Below are positions 19,282-29,135 of a stretch of DNA of 64,000 nucleotides, piece by piece. Positions within the stretch are counted from its first letter, which is position 1. Each line of letters starts with the position of its first letter. This DNA is from Nitrospiria bacterium (GTDB lineage: Bacteria > Nitrospirota > Nitrospiria > JACQBZ01). The DNA lies in assembly GCA_035517655.1 (NCBI GenBank), contig DATIYJ010000060.1, positions 4,015 through 68,014 of the forward strand. Reading direction: 5' to 3'. The notes beneath the pieces were generated by a model. That model was not told the origin of the DNA, ran no database searches, and saw only the letters and a list, made by a program, of their open reading frames with translations. The translations under genes were made by a program, and so were the position numbers.

Positions 19282-21534
19282 CTAAAGCGTAAAGTAAAAC
19301 GTGGCGCCCTTGTCCACGGCGCCCTCGGCCCAGATCTTCCCCCCGTGCCGGTGAATAATGCGTTGCACCGTCGCCAACCCGATCCCCGTTCCCGGAAATT
19401 CCGACACCGAATGCAGCCGCTGAAATGCCCCGAACAGCTTGTGGGCGTAGGCCATGTCAAAACCCGCCCCGTTGTCACGAACAAAATACGCCGGACGGCT
19501 GTCATGGTCCGTCTGGCCGAACTCGATGCGAGCCTGCGGCCGTTTCCCCGCGTACTTCCAGGCATTGCCCAGGAGATTATCCAACGCCACCCGCAGCAGC
19601 CGCTCATCCCCCTCCGCCTTCAACCCTTTCTGGATCACAAACTCGGCCGCTCGCTCCGGTTGGGTCTTTCGCAACGCCTCCGCCACCGACTCGGCCATCC
19701 CGCTCAAGTCCACGACCTGCCGACGCATCTCGGCCCGAGTGACGCGGGACAGATTCAACAGATCGTCGATCAACTGGGCCATCTGCTGGCTCGCCCCCCT
19801 CACCCGCTGGAGATACCTCTGCCCTTCCTCATTCAGTGTACTGTTGTAATCCTCCAACAGGATCTGGCTGAAGCCGTCGATGTGGCGCAGCGGGGCGCGA
19901 AGGTCGTGCGAGACGGAGTAACTGAAGGCCTCCAGCTCTTTGTTGGCCGTTTCAAGCCTCGCATTGAGCTTAATCGTCTCTTGTTCCGCCCGCTTGCGCT
20001 CGGTGATGTCGCGGATCGCGCTGATCGCCAACGTGCCGTCCTCCGTTTCCAGAGGACTGAGGCTGATCTCGACCGGAAACTCGCTGCCGTCTTTGCGCAA
20101 TCCGGATAACTCCAGTCCCATGGCCCGTACCCCGGGGTCGGTATAGTAACCGGCCCGATGACCGACATGGGCTTTACGGAAGCGTTCAGGAACCAGTATC
20201 TCGATGGACTGACCCAGCAACTCTTCCCTCTTATACCCGAACAGACCTTCGGTCCGGTTATTCACCAGGACAACCCGGCCTTCGCGATCGACAATCACGA
20301 TCGCATCCGGTGCCGCTTCCAACAATCTCCGGAACTTGGTCTCGGCGAGCTTTCGCTCTGTGATATCCTCCGAGATGCCCAATAGAAAGAGCGGTTTCCC
20401 CGCCGCATCGGAAACCGGGATCTTCTTGGTATGCAGGGTTCGCGTGCCGTGGTGACGGGTCTGGATCGGCTCTTCCGGAATATCGACCAGCTTTCCGCCC
20501 TCAAGCACCTGTCGGTCCTTCTCGATAAAAAAATCGGCCTGTTCTTTCGGGAAAAAATCATAGTCGTTTTTCCCCATCAGGTCGGTGCGGGAAAAACCCA
20601 GGAGATCTTCGCCCGCCCTGTTAAACCGCATGAACCGGAGATCTTTGGCTTCCTTGACGAAGATCATGTTGGGAATGTTTTCGATGATGGAGTTCAGGAA
20701 CGCCTCGGCGCGCCTCAACTCCTCTTCCCCCCGCTTCCGCTCGATGATCTCCTGCTGCAATTCGCGCGTCCGCTCTTCCACCTTTTGCTCTAATTGATCA
20801 TGCGCCTTCTGCAATGCCTCTTCCCGCACCTGGATTTGTGCCAGCATTTCATTAAACGTTTCAACCAACCGGCCGACTTCATCCCGACCGTCCGCGACGG
20901 CGCGAACGGAATAATTTTTTTCTTCGGAAACGGTCCGGGCCGTTCGGGCCAGTTGAAGTATGGGTTCCGAGATTCTCCTTTGAAGCCTGGACGAAACCCA
21001 ATAAGCCGTCAAGAGGGAAATCGCCAGAACGCCGGACACAATGGCCGCGTAACGCTTCAGCCGATCCTCCATTTCTTGGAGATCGGATTGAATGTAGACC
21101 GAGCCGATTTTCTGCCCGTCGGATATGACCGGCTCCAATACGAACAGGTACCCACCCTGGAATCGGTGACTCGCCTCCTGCCCGGTTATCCGTTCCGGCA
21201 GTTGAAAAACCGTCACGCCATCGCTCGGCACGTATCGGGCGAATAATTCGCCCTGGGCGGTGTAAATCGCAGCGGACACAATTCGGGATCTTACCCGGAG
21301 CGCGGTCATTGTTTCCGTCGCGGCCTTCGGATCGTTAAACAGCAATGCGGAAACGGTATTGATGCCGATCATTTCGGCCTGAGAGGAGAGATTTTGGACC
21401 ATGGTGTCCCGATAGGTCACGAGCTCATACACGATAAAACCCAGACTGGACAATAGCAGCGCGGACGTGCTGACCAGCATGCTGATCCGCGTCATCTTAT
21501 GACGGATGGGAAGATCTCGAAACGCAGAGAACAA
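19282..21534 (-). CDS. Sensor histidine kinase (periplasmic sensor domain, HAMP, 2 PAS, HisKA, HATPase_c)
   Basis: 750 aa. Two TM segments flank a ~130-aa periplasmic domain that looks CHASE8-like by eye (…[17 protein letters not shown]…[14 protein letters not shown]). H-box [13 protein letters not shown] and G-boxes DNGAGF and GTGIGLA. Confidence 0.88.
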   Translation of the reverse strand: MFSAFRDLPIRHKMTRISMLVSTSALLLSSLGFIVYELVTYRDTMVQNLSSQAEMIGINTVSALLFNDPKAATETMTALRVRSRIVSAAIYTAQGELFARYVPSDGVTVFQLPERITGQEASHRFQGGYLFVLEPVISDGQKIGSVYIQSDLQEMEDRLKRYAAIVSGVLAISLLTAYWVSSRLQRRISEPILQLARTARTVSEEKNYSVRAVADGRDEVGRLVETFNEMLAQIQVREEALQKAHDQLEQKVEERTRELQQEIIERKRGEEELRRAEAFLNSIIENIPNMIFVKEAKDLRFMRFNRAGEDLLGFSRTDLMGKNDYDFFPKEQADFFIEKDRQVLEGGKLVDIPEEPIQTRHHGTRTLHTKKIPVSDAAGKPLFLLGISEDITERKLAETKFRRLLEAAPDAIVIVDREGRVVLVNNRTEGLFGYKREELLGQSIEILVPERFRKAHVGHRAGYYTDPGVRAMGLELSGLRKDGSEFPVEISLSPLETEDGTLAISAIRDITERKRAEQETIKLNARLETANKELEAFSYSVSHDLRAPLRHIDGFSQILLEDYNSTLNEEGQRYLQRVRGASQQMAQLIDDLLNLSRVTRAEMRRQVVDLSGMAESVAEALRKTQPERAAEFVIQKGLKAEGDERLLRVALDNLLGNAWKYAGKRPQARIEFGQTDHDSRPAYFVRDNGAGFDMAYAHKLFGAFQRLHSVSEFPGTGIGLATVQRIIHRHGGKIWAEGAVDKGATFYFTL

Positions 21535-21550
21535 GATTACTCCTTCATTC

Positions 21551-22168
21551 TCACCGACTCGTTACGATTTGGGCTAATTTCAACAGTTGAGAACTCGGTT
21601 TCAAGCCCGCCTTATCAGTTGCGGCCCTGTTGACCGCAAATCGAACCCGGTTCTGATCGACGATCAATTGAATCATGCCGCCCTGTTCCGCGAACCGTCC
21701 GATATCGCTGACGGTCAGGACCGGCAGGTGGTCGAGACGTTCGATGATCTTGGCCATGTTGTCTTTCTCCGAGTTGCTGATAAATAGAACATTACAAGTC
21801 AGTGCGTCCTCGACCTTCGAAAACCGCTTTACCGCAATCTTCTTTTCCTGAACGGTCTTTCCGGACACGGTCTCATCCAACGCGTTATCGAAAGGGTCCC
21901 GCCCGAGCACCCCGATGACAAAGGGCTTATCTCCCGACAATGTTTCCGTCGGCCACTCCACAAATTTGGAGAAGTTGTAGATGAAGGCCGCCTTCACTTG
22001 GTACTCGGTCGAGGTCAACGTCTCGGCTTGAACGGACACCATGCCGATGCCGAGAACAATCGACGACACAGCCATCCACCGAAAACCGACCCGCAGACCA
22101 GAAGACCCTGAGGATTTTACTCGCTCAGGCGACAGAACTGGGCGAAGGAATGAACCTAAAATGGCCAT
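21551..22168 (-). CDS. YfiR/DUF4154-family periplasmic protein
   Basis: A signal peptide is followed by [19 protein letters not shown], which matches my memory of the YfiR/DUF4154 signature. It is the first gene of the signalling cluster. Confidence 0.65.
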   Translation of the reverse strand: MAILGSFLRPVLSPERVKSSGSSGLRVGFRWMAVSSIVLGIGMVSVQAETLTSTEYQVKAAFIYNFSKFVEWPTETLSGDKPFVIGVLGRDPFDNALDETVSGKTVQEKKIAVKRFSKVEDALTCNVLFISNSEKDNMAKIIERLDHLPVLTVSDIGRFAEQGGMIQLIVDQNRVRFAVNRAATDKAGLKPSSQLLKLAQIVTSR

Positions 22169-22449
22169 GCGACCTTTGCGTAGATACTGCGTGGAAATTC
22201 CAGCGGTCCGAATTCCGCACCGCTCGTTGACCGGACCTTCCGCTTCAAGTCACTCATAGAATCAGGGGCAACTTCTGGCAAGGTTCTGGTGATAAAATCG
22301 TGTGGCTGGGGTAGAGGTAAAGGAATAGCCTGAAAAAGAAAAATAGAACGCTCAGGATTCCCTTGTCAAAAGAAAGCCATGCCATAAACCCATCCACAGG
22401 CTGCACAAAATTGAACGATTATGTATGAAGCCATAACTCAATACAACAT

Positions 22450-22458
22450 TGTGGATAA
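22450..22458. promoter_or_regulatory. Perfect DnaA-box 9-mer (TGTGGATAA = rc of TTATCCACA)
   Basis: Exact match to the canonical DnaA box, at about +10 to +18 of the promoter candidate above. A degenerate copy (ccATCCACA) is at 22389-22397. Confidence 0.4.
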
Positions 22459-22474
22459 TGGCAGTACATTATGA

Positions 22475-22502
22475 AGTATAACAAAGATTTAACATGTGTC
22501 AA
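22475..22502 (-). promoter_or_regulatory. Sigma70-type promoter candidate (TTGACA-16-TATACT) facing the YfiR/HK operon
   Basis: The rc of 22497-22502 is TTGACA and the rc of 22475-22480 is TATACT. The predicted TSS is ~22468, about 300 nt upstream of the yfiR-like ATG. Confidence 0.4.
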
Positions 22503-22601
22503 GGCACCTCAGTTCTTTCGGCCCTGATCGTTCATTTCCGAGCCTCAATGAGCCAATTCAAATTCGATCCCAAATGAAGACCAGGTCTGTTTTCAAGTTG
22601 T

Positions 22602-22631
22602 TTGACCTGGGCGACAAGGCACTGATATAGT
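22602..22631 (+). promoter_or_regulatory. pntAA promoter candidate (TTGACC-18-TATAGT), with the -10 ending 9 nt before the ATG
   Basis: The hexamers are at 22602-22607 and 22626-22631. There is no SD in atcttttcg before ATG 22641. Confidence 0.4.
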
Positions 22632-22640
22632 ATCTTTTCG

Positions 22641-23825
22641 ATGATCGTCGGAATTCCCAAGGAATCCTTCCCGGGCGAGCGGCGCGTGGCCCTAACTCCG
22701 GCCGTATTGCCTCCGCTGGCCAAAGCCGGGCTACAGGTCTTGATGGAGGCCGGGGCCGGTGAGGAGGCCGGGTTTCCGGATGTTGCATACCAAGATAAGG
22801 GAGCGCAGATCACCCCAAGCCGCGCCGACCTATTCGGCACAGCCGACATCATTCTTCAAGTCCTCGGTCTCGGGGCCAACCCGGAAGCGGGCCGCGCCGA
22901 CCTCGACAAGATTCGCCCCGACCAGATCTTCATCGGACTGCAGGAACCGCTTTCATCCCCCAAGACCATAAAAGATTTGGCCGAACGGCGCGCCGAGGTG
23001 TTCGCTCTTGAGCTTCTGCCCCGCATCACCCGCGCGCAGAGCATGGATGTCTTGAGTTCGATGGCGACCATCGCCGGATACAAAGCCGTGCTGCTCGCGG
23101 CCGATGCGCTGCCCCGGATCTTTCCAATGATGATGACGGCGGCCGGAACCGTCAGCCCGGCGCGCGTTTTCTTGATCGGAGCGGGGGTGGCCGGACTGCA
23201 GGCGATCGCGACCGCACGTCGATTGGGTGCGGTCGTGCAGGCGTACGATGTTCGCCCCGCCGTCAAAGAACAGGTCCAGAGCGTGGGAGGGAAGTTCGTG
23301 GAACTGCCGTTGGAGACCGGAGGCTCGGAGGCCGAAGGCGGCTACGCCAGGGCCATGGATGAATCGTTTTACCGCCGACAGCGTGAGACCATGGCCCGCG
23401 TCGTGGCCGAAAGCGACGTGGTCATCTGCACCGCGGCAATCCCCGGTCAACGCGCCCCGGTGCTGATCACCGGAGAGATGGTATCCGCCATGCCCACGGG
23501 CTCGGTGATCGTCGACCTGGCGGCCGAGAGCGGCGGCAATTGCGAATTGACCGAACCCGGCCGGACCGTTACGGCCCACCGCGCAACGATTATCGGACCG
23601 GTCCGACTCGCCGCAACGGTTCCCTATCATTCCAGCCAGCTCTATGCCAAGAACATCTCGGCGTTTCTGAATCACATCGTGAAAGAGGGGCGGATTCGTC
23701 TTGACGCGCAGGACCCCATTATCAGCGAAACGCTTGTAGCCCGGAACGGGGAGGTCGTACATCCCCGGATTCGGGAACTTTTGGGACAGACCGCCGCATC
23801 ATCCGGCGATCGAAAGGAGAAGTGA
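22641..23825 (+). CDS. pntAA: NAD(P) transhydrogenase subunit alpha part 1 (dI)
   Basis: MIVGIPKESFPGERRVALTP, an alanine-dehydrogenase-like fold and the Rossmann motif IGAGVAGLQAI. Confidence 0.92.
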   Translation: MIVGIPKESFPGERRVALTPAVLPPLAKAGLQVLMEAGAGEEAGFPDVAYQDKGAQITPSRADLFGTADIILQVLGLGANPEAGRADLDKIRPDQIFIGLQEPLSSPKTIKDLAERRAEVFALELLPRITRAQSMDVLSSMATIAGYKAVLLAADALPRIFPMMMTAAGTVSPARVFLIGAGVAGLQAIATARRLGAVVQAYDVRPAVKEQVQSVGGKFVELPLETGGSEAEGGYARAMDESFYRRQRETMARVVAESDVVICTAAIPGQRAPVLITGEMVSAMPTGSVIVDLAAESGGNCELTEPGRTVTAHRATIIGPVRLAATVPYHSSQLYAKNISAFLNHIVKEGRIRLDAQDPIISETLVARNGEVVHPRIRELLGQTAASSGDRKEK

Positions 23826-24115
23826 TGGATACCTCCATCCTGTTGCTCACGATCCTCGTGTTGGCCGCTTTTGTGGGTTACCAGATCATCTCGAGAGTTC
23901 CTCCGCTGCTTCACACTCCGCTGATGTCGGCCACCAATGCCATCTCGGCGATCTCGGTCGTGGGCGCGCTGGTCACCGCCGGGGCCGAGTACGGCATGGT
24001 GAGCACCATCCTGGGATTCATCGCGGTGGTCTCGGCCATGACCAATGTCGTGGGAGGATTCCTCATCACCGACCGGATGCTGAAGATGTTCAAGAAGGAT
24101 AAGAAGCGGCGATGA
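23822..24115 (+). CDS. pntAB: NAD(P) transhydrogenase subunit alpha part 2 (membrane)
   Basis: 97-aa protein with 3 TM segments. It has 4-nt overlaps with pntAA and pntB. Confidence 0.9.
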   Translation: MMDTSILLLTILVLAAFVGYQIISRVPPLLHTPLMSATNAISAISVVGALVTAGAEYGMVSTILGFIAVVSAMTNVVGGFLITDRMLKMFKKDKKRR

Positions 24116-25494
24116 CCGCAGGCACCTTCATCCAATGGGCCTACCTGGTCTCCTCGGTTCTGTTCATCTTGGGGCTGAAGGATTTAAATTCCGCCCGGAC
24201 CGCCCGTCGAGGGATGTTCTTGGCCGAGATCGGGATGGCTCTGGCCATCATAGGAACCCTCTTCCACCACGAGATCCTCAGCTACCGATGGATCGTCACG
24301 GGGATGGCGGTCGGCTCGGCGATCGGGATCGGAATCGCGCTCTGGACGCCGATGACCGCCATGCCGCAACGAACCGCCCTTTCCCACGCCTTCGGAGCGC
24401 TGGCCGTCACCCTGGTGGGAATCTCCGAGTACCATCGGCACGGATCGGAACTCGGCTCGATCAAGATGACCGCGATCGGTTTTGAAGTCATGATGGGAGC
24501 GTTGACGGTTACCGGGAGCCTGATCGCGTTTGCCAAACTCCAGGAGCTGCTTACCGCGCCGATCGTGTACCGGGGTCAAAATACCTCAAACATCGGGCTT
24601 TTTGCCATCCTCCTGGGCATCTGGCTTTACCTGATTGCGGTCCCGGCCGCAGGTTCCCTGTTCTATCTGCTGGTGGGTTTGGGACTCGTGTTTGGAATCC
24701 TCCTGGTGCTCCCGATCGGCGCGGCAGACATGCCGGTGGTGATTTCTCTGTTGAATTCTTATGCCGGACTGGCGGCTGCGGCCACCGGATTTGTCATCTC
24801 AAACAACATCCTGATCATCGCCGGGACACTGGACGGGGCCTCCGGGTTTGTTCTGTCCATTCTGATGTGCAAGGCGATGAACCGGTCTCTGGCCAACGTT
24901 TTGTTCGGCGGGGTGGGCACCGTGCCGGCGGGCGGGCCGACGGCTGACCAAGTTTACGGAAGCAAGGTGAAAGCGGCCACGGCCGAAGAGATCGCCATGC
25001 TGCTGGACACGGCCCGGCGCGTCGTGATTGTTCCGGGATACGGGATGGCCGTCTCCCAAGCCCAGCATGCCGTCCGTGACTTGGCCAACCTGCTTGAAAG
25101 TCGCGGCGCGGAGGTGGAGTTTGCCATCCACCCTGTTGCCGGACGGATGCCCGGCCACATGAATGTACTGCTGGCCGAGGCCGACATCCCGTACGATAAA
25201 CTCAAGGAGATGGAGGAGATCAACCCTTCGTTTGGACAGACCGACGTTGCGCTGGTGATCGGCGCCAACGATGTGGTCAACCCGGTGGCGCGCACCGACC
25301 CGTCGAGTCCCATCGCCGGCATGCCGATCCTGGATGTGGACAAGGCGCGGACCGTCGTTGTCATCAAACGCAGCCTAAGTCCCGGTTTTGCCGGAATTCC
25401 TAACCCCCTCTTCGCGGCCGACAACACCTTGATGTACTTCGCCGATGGCAAGAGGGCGATCCTCGATCTGATCAGCGCGCTGAAGGCAATGTGA
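24112..25494 (+). CDS. pntB: NAD(P) transhydrogenase subunit beta
   Basis: 460 aa with an N-terminal multi-TM region and a C-terminal dIII domain (…GYGMAVSQAQH…AIHPVAGRMPGHMNVLLAEA…). Confidence 0.92.
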   Translation: MTAGTFIQWAYLVSSVLFILGLKDLNSARTARRGMFLAEIGMALAIIGTLFHHEILSYRWIVTGMAVGSAIGIGIALWTPMTAMPQRTALSHAFGALAVTLVGISEYHRHGSELGSIKMTAIGFEVMMGALTVTGSLIAFAKLQELLTAPIVYRGQNTSNIGLFAILLGIWLYLIAVPAAGSLFYLLVGLGLVFGILLVLPIGAADMPVVISLLNSYAGLAAAATGFVISNNILIIAGTLDGASGFVLSILMCKAMNRSLANVLFGGVGTVPAGGPTADQVYGSKVKAATAEEIAMLLDTARRVVIVPGYGMAVSQAQHAVRDLANLLESRGAEVEFAIHPVAGRMPGHMNVLLAEADIPYDKLKEMEEINPSFGQTDVALVIGANDVVNPVARTDPSSPIAGMPILDVDKARTVVVIKRSLSPGFAGIPNPLFAADNTLMYFADGKRAILDLISALKAM

Positions 25495-26117
25495 GTCATG
25501 GAGCAAGAAAAAACCCGGCGCAAAAGGCCCAACCACCCATGCCTCAAACGATTCCCCCGGAACTTTTAGAGGCGGCCTACCGTCAGGGCGTCTTTCCGAT
25601 GGCGGACGAGGACGGACGAATTCATTGGTTCTCGCCCGATCCGCGAACGATCATCGATTTGGACCGGTTCCATATCCCTCGGCGCTTGGTCCGGACGATT
25701 CGTCAACGACCGTTTGACATCACCGTCAACCGCGATTTTGAAGGGGTCGTCCGCGGTTGCGCAAATCGAGAGGAGACCTGGATCAGCGAGGAGATCGCAA
25801 CGACCTACACGGCGTTGCATCGAATGGGAAAGGCCCACTCGGTCGAGGCCTACCACGAAGGGAAACTGACCGGAGGTATTTACGGCGTGAGCCTCGGCGG
25901 GGTATTTATGGGGGAATCGATGTTCACAATCATTCGCGACGCCTCGAAGGTCTGCTTGGCCTTCGTCATCGAACGATTGAGAGAGCGGGGTTTTATTTTG
26001 TTCGACGTCCAGTTCACGACCCCGCACCTTAAGCGCTTCGGCGCGGTCGAAATCTCCCGTCGGGAATACCTGAGACGGCTTGAAAAAGCGCTGGCGCTTT
26101 CCTGCCGGTTTGATTAA
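25491..26117 (+). CDS. aat: Leucyl/phenylalanyl-tRNA--protein transferase
   Basis: PPELLEAAYRQGVFPMADEDGRIHWFSPDPR and GESMF motifs. The start is either GTG 25491 (overlapping the pntB stop) or ATG 25539. Confidence 0.85.
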   Translation: MSHGARKNPAQKAQPPMPQTIPPELLEAAYRQGVFPMADEDGRIHWFSPDPRTIIDLDRFHIPRRLVRTIRQRPFDITVNRDFEGVVRGCANREETWISEEIATTYTALHRMGKAHSVEAYHEGKLTGGIYGVSLGGVFMGESMFTIIRDASKVCLAFVIERLRERGFILFDVQFTTPHLKRFGAVEISRREYLRRLEKALALSCRFD

Positions 26118-26392
26118 CTGTTCACTATCTCTTTCAATTCTTTGCCCGCCTTGAAGAACGGCACGCGCTTGGCCGGGACATGGACCTGGGTGCCGGTCTT
26201 GGGGTTCCGGCCTTCCCGCATGCGCCGTTGACGGAGCTTGAAACTTCCGAAGCCGCGGATTTCGATCTTGTCCCCGTTGGCCAATGATTGTCGGATGCTG
26301 TTGAAGATCGTGTTGACGATCATTTCGGTCTGGCGTTTGGTCAGGTGGGTCACCTTCTGGGACATCGTTTCGATCAACTGGGCCTTGGTCAT
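26114..26392 (-). CDS. ihfB: Integration host factor subunit beta
   Basis: 92 aa containing GDKIEIRGFGSFKLRQRRMREGRNPKTG…VPFFKAGKEL. It sits downstream of rpsA, as in the classical cmk-rpsA-ihfB arrangement. Confidence 0.85.
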   Translation of the reverse strand: MTKAQLIETMSQKVTHLTKRQTEMIVNTIFNSIRQSLANGDKIEIRGFGSFKLRQRRMREGRNPKTGTQVHVPAKRVPFFKAGKELKEIVNS

Positions 26393-26430
26393 ATGCGCTC
26401 CCCCTTATTAATAAGAAGGTCCGTATCCGT

Positions 26431-27312
26431 CTAAAAAGCCATCAGGTATTTCATTGAAACGCCGGCGGCGGGCAGTTGCATGCTGGGCAAGCGGCCCAGG
26501 AACTGGTCCCTGAACAGATCCAGCAGTGAAACCCGCTTTCGGGATTCCACGATTCGGGGCTCCCCTTTGATCCCGACCAGGTCGGCCGTGAGTCGGATCG
26601 TGTCCTGAAGATCTCCGATGTCATCCACCAGCCCGAGTTTTTTGGCCTCTTGTCCGGTGAAAACGCTCCCGTCCGCCATCTCGCGAACCCGTTCTTCCGC
26701 CAGCCCGCGTCCTTCAGCCACCGCCTGGATAAACTGATCATGGACATCATCCATCAGTCGTTGCAGAATCGCACGCTCCTCCGGCTGCATTTTTCGGAAG
26801 GGAGAGCCGATATCTTTGTTCCGTCCGCTTTTGATCACGACACTCTCCACGCCGATCTTCTTGAACAGGCCTTCCACATTGGCCAATTCCATGATCACAC
26901 CGATGCTCCCCGTCAGGGTGCCCGGATTCGCCACGATTCGATTCGAAGCGCTGGCAATGTAATAACCGCCGGAAGCCGCCACCGTTCCCATCGAGACGAC
27001 CACCTTCTTCTGGCCCTCCTCGCGGATTTTTTTTACTTCCTCGTAGATTTCCTGAGAGGGAACGACGCCGCCGCCGGGGCTGTCGATTCGCAGGATGATG
27101 GCCTTGATTCCGGAGCTGTTTTCATATCGCCGCAGTTCTTCAATCGTGCCGGAAGAATCGAGGATCACGCCTTCGATCTTGACCAGGGCGATGCGGTCTT
27201 CCAGGAAGCCTCCGCCGGCCTGCATGACCGAAGCGGAGTAGGTAACGGCAAAGAAGAGAACGGCCAAACCGACTAACAGGATCAAGCCGGCGATCAACGG
27301 ATGGTTTTTCAT
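26431..27312 (-). CDS. sppA: Signal peptide peptidase SppA, 36K type
   Basis: N-terminal TM anchor, the ClpP-like motif MGTVAASGGYYIASA and a downstream K. Confidence 0.85.
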   Translation of the reverse strand: MKNHPLIAGLILLVGLAVLFFAVTYSASVMQAGGGFLEDRIALVKIEGVILDSSGTIEELRRYENSSGIKAIILRIDSPGGGVVPSQEIYEEVKKIREEGQKKVVVSMGTVAASGGYYIASASNRIVANPGTLTGSIGVIMELANVEGLFKKIGVESVVIKSGRNKDIGSPFRKMQPEERAILQRLMDDVHDQFIQAVAEGRGLAEERVREMADGSVFTGQEAKKLGLVDDIGDLQDTIRLTADLVGIKGEPRIVESRKRVSLLDLFRDQFLGRLPSMQLPAAGVSMKYLMAF

Positions 27313-27325
27313 TTTCCGCCCTGTT

Positions 27326-28981
27326 TTACTTCTTGTCCTTCTTCTGGGCGCGTTCCTGCTCGTTCTTGTACGCCCGGATGCTCAAGGCGATTTTCCGTTC
27401 CGGCATGTCCATCTTGATGATTTGAGCGCGGATGACGTCGTTGATTTGCATGGCATCCCCGATTCGTGAAGACGGTTCGATCCCGGTTTCGCTGACATGG
27501 ATCAGTCCTTCCACCCCGTCCTCCAGTTCAACGAAAACGCCGAAATCCGTGACTTTGACGATCTTGCATTTTACCACATCACCGACGTGATACTTTTCGG
27601 CGATCCCGGTCTCCCACGGGTCGGACTGGAGCTGCTTGTAGCCGAGCGACAAGCGCTCTTTTTCTTTGTCCACTTTGAGAACCACGGCTTCGACCGGCTG
27701 GCCCTTTTTAAACAGTTCGGAGGGATGCGTGAGGCGCTTGGTCCAGGACATATCCGAAATATGGATCAGCCCGTCGATGCCTTCCTCCAGTCCCACAAAC
27801 GCGCCAAAGTCGGTCAGTCCCTTGATCTTGCCGGTAATGCGGCTCCCGACGGGGTATTTTCCCTCGACCGCGCTCCACGGATTCGGCGTCACCTGTTTCA
27901 TCCCCAGGGAAATCTTGCGGTTGTCCCGGTCCACCATCAGCACGACCACTTCCACCTGATCCCCGACCGAAACAAGTTTGGAGGGATGACGAACTTCGTG
28001 ACTCCAAGACATCTCGGAAATGTGGACCAGGCCCTCGATCCCGGCTTCGAGCTCCACAAAGGCCCCGTAATCCGTGATGCTTACGATTTTCCCCTTGACG
28101 CGAGTTGCGACGGGGTATTTTTCCTCCACCCGTCCCCATGGATCCGGCGTTTTCTGCTTGAGTCCAAGAGAAACGCGGCCGGTTTCCTTATCATACTTGA
28201 GGACGACCACGCCGATCCGGTCCCCCACCGACAGTATCTCGGAAGGATGATTCACGCGGCCCCAGGACATGTCCGTGATATGCAGAAGACCGTCGATCCC
28301 GCCCAAATCGATAAACGCCCCGTACTCGGTGATGTTCTTGACCATCCCTTCGATGAGTTGCCCGTCTTCCAACGTGGCCATCGCGGCGCGGCGTTTCTTG
28401 TCCCGGGACTCCTCCAACAACACGCGACGGGACACGACGATGTTGCCCCGGCGGTGGTTCATTTTGATGATCTTCATCGGAAAGGTCTTGCCGATCAAGG
28501 CGTCCAGGTCCCGGACCGGATGAAGGTCGATTTGCGAACCCGGCAGAAAGGCCTTGACCCCGATATCCACCATCATACCGCCTTTGACTTTCGAGACCAT
28601 CTTTCCATCGACGACTTCGGCTTTTTCAAAGGATTTCTCCAAGACTTCCCACACCTTCATCTTGGCGGCCTTTTCCTTGGAGAGGATGAGGTTTCCCTCG
28701 TTGTCTTCCCGCTCCTCGAGATAAACCTGGATCTGTTCTCCGACCTTGAGGGCCGCGATCTCGGTCGAGCTGAACTCACTGGCGGGGATCAGTCCTTCGG
28801 ATTTGTACCCGATGTCCACTACCACGCCGGCCTGTTGGATGGCTACGATCATGCCCTCCACGACCCCTCCTTCCTTTAAATTTTTAAACGACTCCTCATA
28901 GAGGGCGTGCATATTCATCGGGAGATCATCATTCGTCGCCCCCGCGGTGTTGGTGATCGGTGCGTCTTCCGAAAACGTCAT
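27326..28981 (-). CDS. rpsA: 30S ribosomal protein S1
   Basis: 551 aa with six S1 (OB) repeats, each carrying the G.V..I...GAFV.L…GL.H.S signature. Confidence 0.95.
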   Translation of the reverse strand: MTFSEDAPITNTAGATNDDLPMNMHALYEESFKNLKEGGVVEGMIVAIQQAGVVVDIGYKSEGLIPASEFSSTEIAALKVGEQIQVYLEEREDNEGNLILSKEKAAKMKVWEVLEKSFEKAEVVDGKMVSKVKGGMMVDIGVKAFLPGSQIDLHPVRDLDALIGKTFPMKIIKMNHRRGNIVVSRRVLLEESRDKKRRAAMATLEDGQLIEGMVKNITEYGAFIDLGGIDGLLHITDMSWGRVNHPSEILSVGDRIGVVVLKYDKETGRVSLGLKQKTPDPWGRVEEKYPVATRVKGKIVSITDYGAFVELEAGIEGLVHISEMSWSHEVRHPSKLVSVGDQVEVVVLMVDRDNRKISLGMKQVTPNPWSAVEGKYPVGSRITGKIKGLTDFGAFVGLEEGIDGLIHISDMSWTKRLTHPSELFKKGQPVEAVVLKVDKEKERLSLGYKQLQSDPWETGIAEKYHVGDVVKCKIVKVTDFGVFVELEDGVEGLIHVSETGIEPSSRIGDAMQINDVIRAQIIKMDMPERKIALSIRAYKNEQERAQKKDKK

Positions 28982-29135
28982 GCTGTCTTTGTCCCCTTTC
29001 CGTTTGATTTGATCAGGTTCCGTCTCAAGGAAAACTGAATGCGCATTGTACTATATTTTTTTATGATTTGTCACTACTTTAATTATTTTCACCTTTCATG
29101 GCCGCTTCCGGGACGGGATCGACCCCCCGCCTGGG

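Noticed and set aside
22170-22640. Possible chromosomal replication origin, given an AT-rich region with a perfect DnaA box.
   Set aside because: There is only one perfect box and one or two degenerate boxes. There is no cluster of boxes, no dnaA/dnaN neighbourhood and no convincing switch in gene-strand bias around it. A regulatory DnaA site is the more conservative reading.
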